IMG/VR virus record: IMGVR_UViG_3300023048_000001
Span: 96,001 to 160,000 of that record
Direction: 5' to 3' (one strand)
Origin: a virus
Taxonomy: Duplodnaviria; Caudoviricetes
DNA length: 64,000 bases
This document shows, in pieces, positions 62,002 through 64,000 of this stretch. The notes under the pieces are model-generated. The model worked only from the letters and a program-made list of their open reading frames with translations, was not told where the DNA came from and ran no database searches. The position numbers were made by a program, and so were the translations under genes. How positions within the stretch are numbered: the stretch's first letter is position 1; each line of letters begins with the position of its first letter.

Positions 62002-63697
62002 TTACTGTGCAGCCGCCATTGCCGCTGCTAGAACACGACGCCATGATGTGAAGTTGATACCATAAAAACTAGCATCAATTGCTCCACGTTCTGCGGCCTC
62101 TTCCTCGCCTCGCTGCCAACGCTGTAGAGCGTAGGTTATGACCATGATGGTGCATTCATCCTCATAACCACAAACCTTCAATTCCTCAAGGCCTGCTGCG
62201 ATATCGACATTATCCAGATTCACACCCGGAGTACCATGATGACTATCAGTAAACTGTGCGCGCATGATGATTAACCCGGAAAGACGTAGTGACCAGCGGA
62301 ATAGCAAATATTTGAGTCGAAATCAGGACGATCTTCATCATGTTCCATGGTCTGTTCATACTCGTCTCCCTGAATGAAATAAAGGTCAGGAAGATCACCA
62401 CCAAAATCTGTAGTTGCACTGTAGTTACCTTCATAAAGTTGATCATTGAACAAAGCAGTAATCTCTTCGCGTTTGCTGCTATAGTCAACGCCAATAGCAT
62501 CCTTGATATCAGTGATAACTTGGTCAGCTTCGTAGTGGCAGTCAGATACAGACATGATAATTTCCAGTTAATTTGGTTTAGATGATTTAGACGATTTAAT
62601 ACGATAGAAAATGTCGATGGGGACAATGATAAACCAAACAAATGAATTAAACATCATAGTAGCTGTCATTATCTTTAAACACAGCTTATCAATATCTTCG
62701 ATTGACATGTTTTGGGTCAACATATTACTTTTAAAAGTAATATAACTATTGTTATTAATTCGAAGAGCCATGATTTCTTCTTTACAGATGAGGAAGAGCA
62801 TAAAATAAACAAATGCTCCGCCAAAATAAATCATTAATAGAGTACTCATATTATTACCTTTGATGGGAAGCTATTATAGTAATTTAATTACTTAACATCA
62901 AGCCCAATTTATGAAAAGATCAAGCTGTTTGACACCTTCAACATTACACAGAACAATAGTAGGTGGCTGATTCGGATCACGAAAATGATATTGAATCCAC
63001 ATATCAGTTACGAGGGTATATTTGTTCCTTTTTTCTTCAGAAAAAGTAACTTCAATATCACCAGATAGTTCCTGACATTGTTTGAGTTCTTCAATCAGTT
63101 TTGAGATTTTCATAATCTACCTGTTAGATTTTAGGCTTCTTAACTGGAACTAGTGGAATGTCAAGTGCCTTTTCAGCAGCACGCTTGATGTCTCTTGCGA
63201 GATATCCTAACTTATAAAGAGCCGAACCGATATTGATAAACGGAAGGACTGCAATGATTGCACGACCTACCAGAGTACCAATCTTGATCTTAGGTGTGTA
63301 ACCCTTAGACAGACCATTGAGGTAATCAGTACGAGCTTCAATATCCAGCTTATATTCTGTGATAGACGTTGCAAGGAACGCTAGTGCAGAGATAAAAAGT
63401 GGAACAAAGTAAAAATATAGAACGTTGTTCTGTGCAAAAGAAAATAGGGTTTCTAGATATATATTCATTTTATTCCTTAATTATTTGGTTAAGTCTTGCT
63501 GGCATCCAGAATGGTACTTCAGGAATTACAGTTGTAAAACCACCACCAACACGAACTACACAATCTCCATCGGCATGGTACTTACCAATGTGAAGCTGTC
63601 TGAATGGTTCAAACAAATATACAATCATTTGCTGATCTTCAGGACGAGTTTCGATAGGAATCCAACGTGGCATGTCTTGAACTGTAAGCTCGTTCAT
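62002..63697 (-). other. Hypothetical genes: 62002-62265, 62271-62555, 62568-62849, 62898-63113, 63124-63468, 63470-63697 (DUF551-like WIPIETRP..WMP)
   Basis: ORF track. Confidence 0.7.
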
Positions 63698-64000
63698 AAT
63701 TATCCTAAATGCATGATGGGTGGATGAAGTGATGTTATGGTGTGCTGTTACGCCAAATGCTCTAAGGGTCTTACTGTATATCTTGCCTTATCATATCCCT
63801 TACTTTCCGGCAATTTCTTTAAGGTCTAGGGCTTCGCCCCCAAACCAAATTCAGTAAACAGTGCTTGTTCTTCCCCTGAAGTTATACGTCCCCATGCTGG
63901 GATTGCTAGGGTATCGGTTCCTTCTTGCAACTCATTATAGGAATCAATCAACTTAGTTGATTGACCGAACTTACGTTCTGGCTGCCTCTAAGCCAACCTC

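Noticed and set aside
238-63727. Most plus-strand ORFs in the track (e.g. 765-1205, 4975-5565, 7470-8105, 36724-37278)
   Set aside because: They are antisense shadows of well-supported minus-strand genes and lack promoters or SD sites.
1-64000. Genome-wide TAG reassignment implied by the CUA tRNA
   Set aside because: Long recognisable genes are intact in the standard code, and several genes end cleanly at TAG. Late genes outside the window cannot be assessed.

Overview
The window is part of a large dsDNA bacteriophage genome, most likely T4-like or jumbo. Evidence: T4-type RNA ligase 1, TATAAATA late-promoter motifs, many tRNAs, and dense small ORFs almost all on the minus strand. No structural or core replication genes are present, so this is an accessory, early/host-takeover region. 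The left ~30 kb looks GC-richer by eye and is built of one- or two-gene units, each with a sigma70-type promoter and a conserved CCACACCACAGG leader. These units are punctuated by 13 copies of a divergent promoter-like repeat. In 4 copies a GTTCAG-N5-RTTCAG (PhoP-box-like) direct repeat replaces the -35. All 4 reverse-oriented copies pair with a second palindromic repeat 0.5-0.7 kb downstream. A ~1 kb non-coding block at 30.5-31.6 kb coincides with a G/C strand-skew switch and is a candidate origin or genome end. The right half is more AT-rich. The most striking content is RNA. There are about 7 ordinary tRNAs and at least 10 non-canonical tRNA-like genes: an amber (CUA) tRNA with a 50-nt D-loop insertion, tRNAs with giant variable arms, double-T-arm RNAs, a pair with a novel AGRAUAA T-loop, and a Glu anticodon on a class II body. 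There is also a hammerhead ribozyme at the 5' end of an ~850-nt GOLLD-like RNA that contains a nested tRNA-Lys module. Recognisable proteins: Rnl1, PcfJ-like, HNH endonuclease, two SleB-type cell wall hydrolases, L,D-transpeptidase, SprT, SET domain, amidoligase, two GNATs, HAD and a nucleotidyltransferase-like protein. All calls are by eye; no database search was run.
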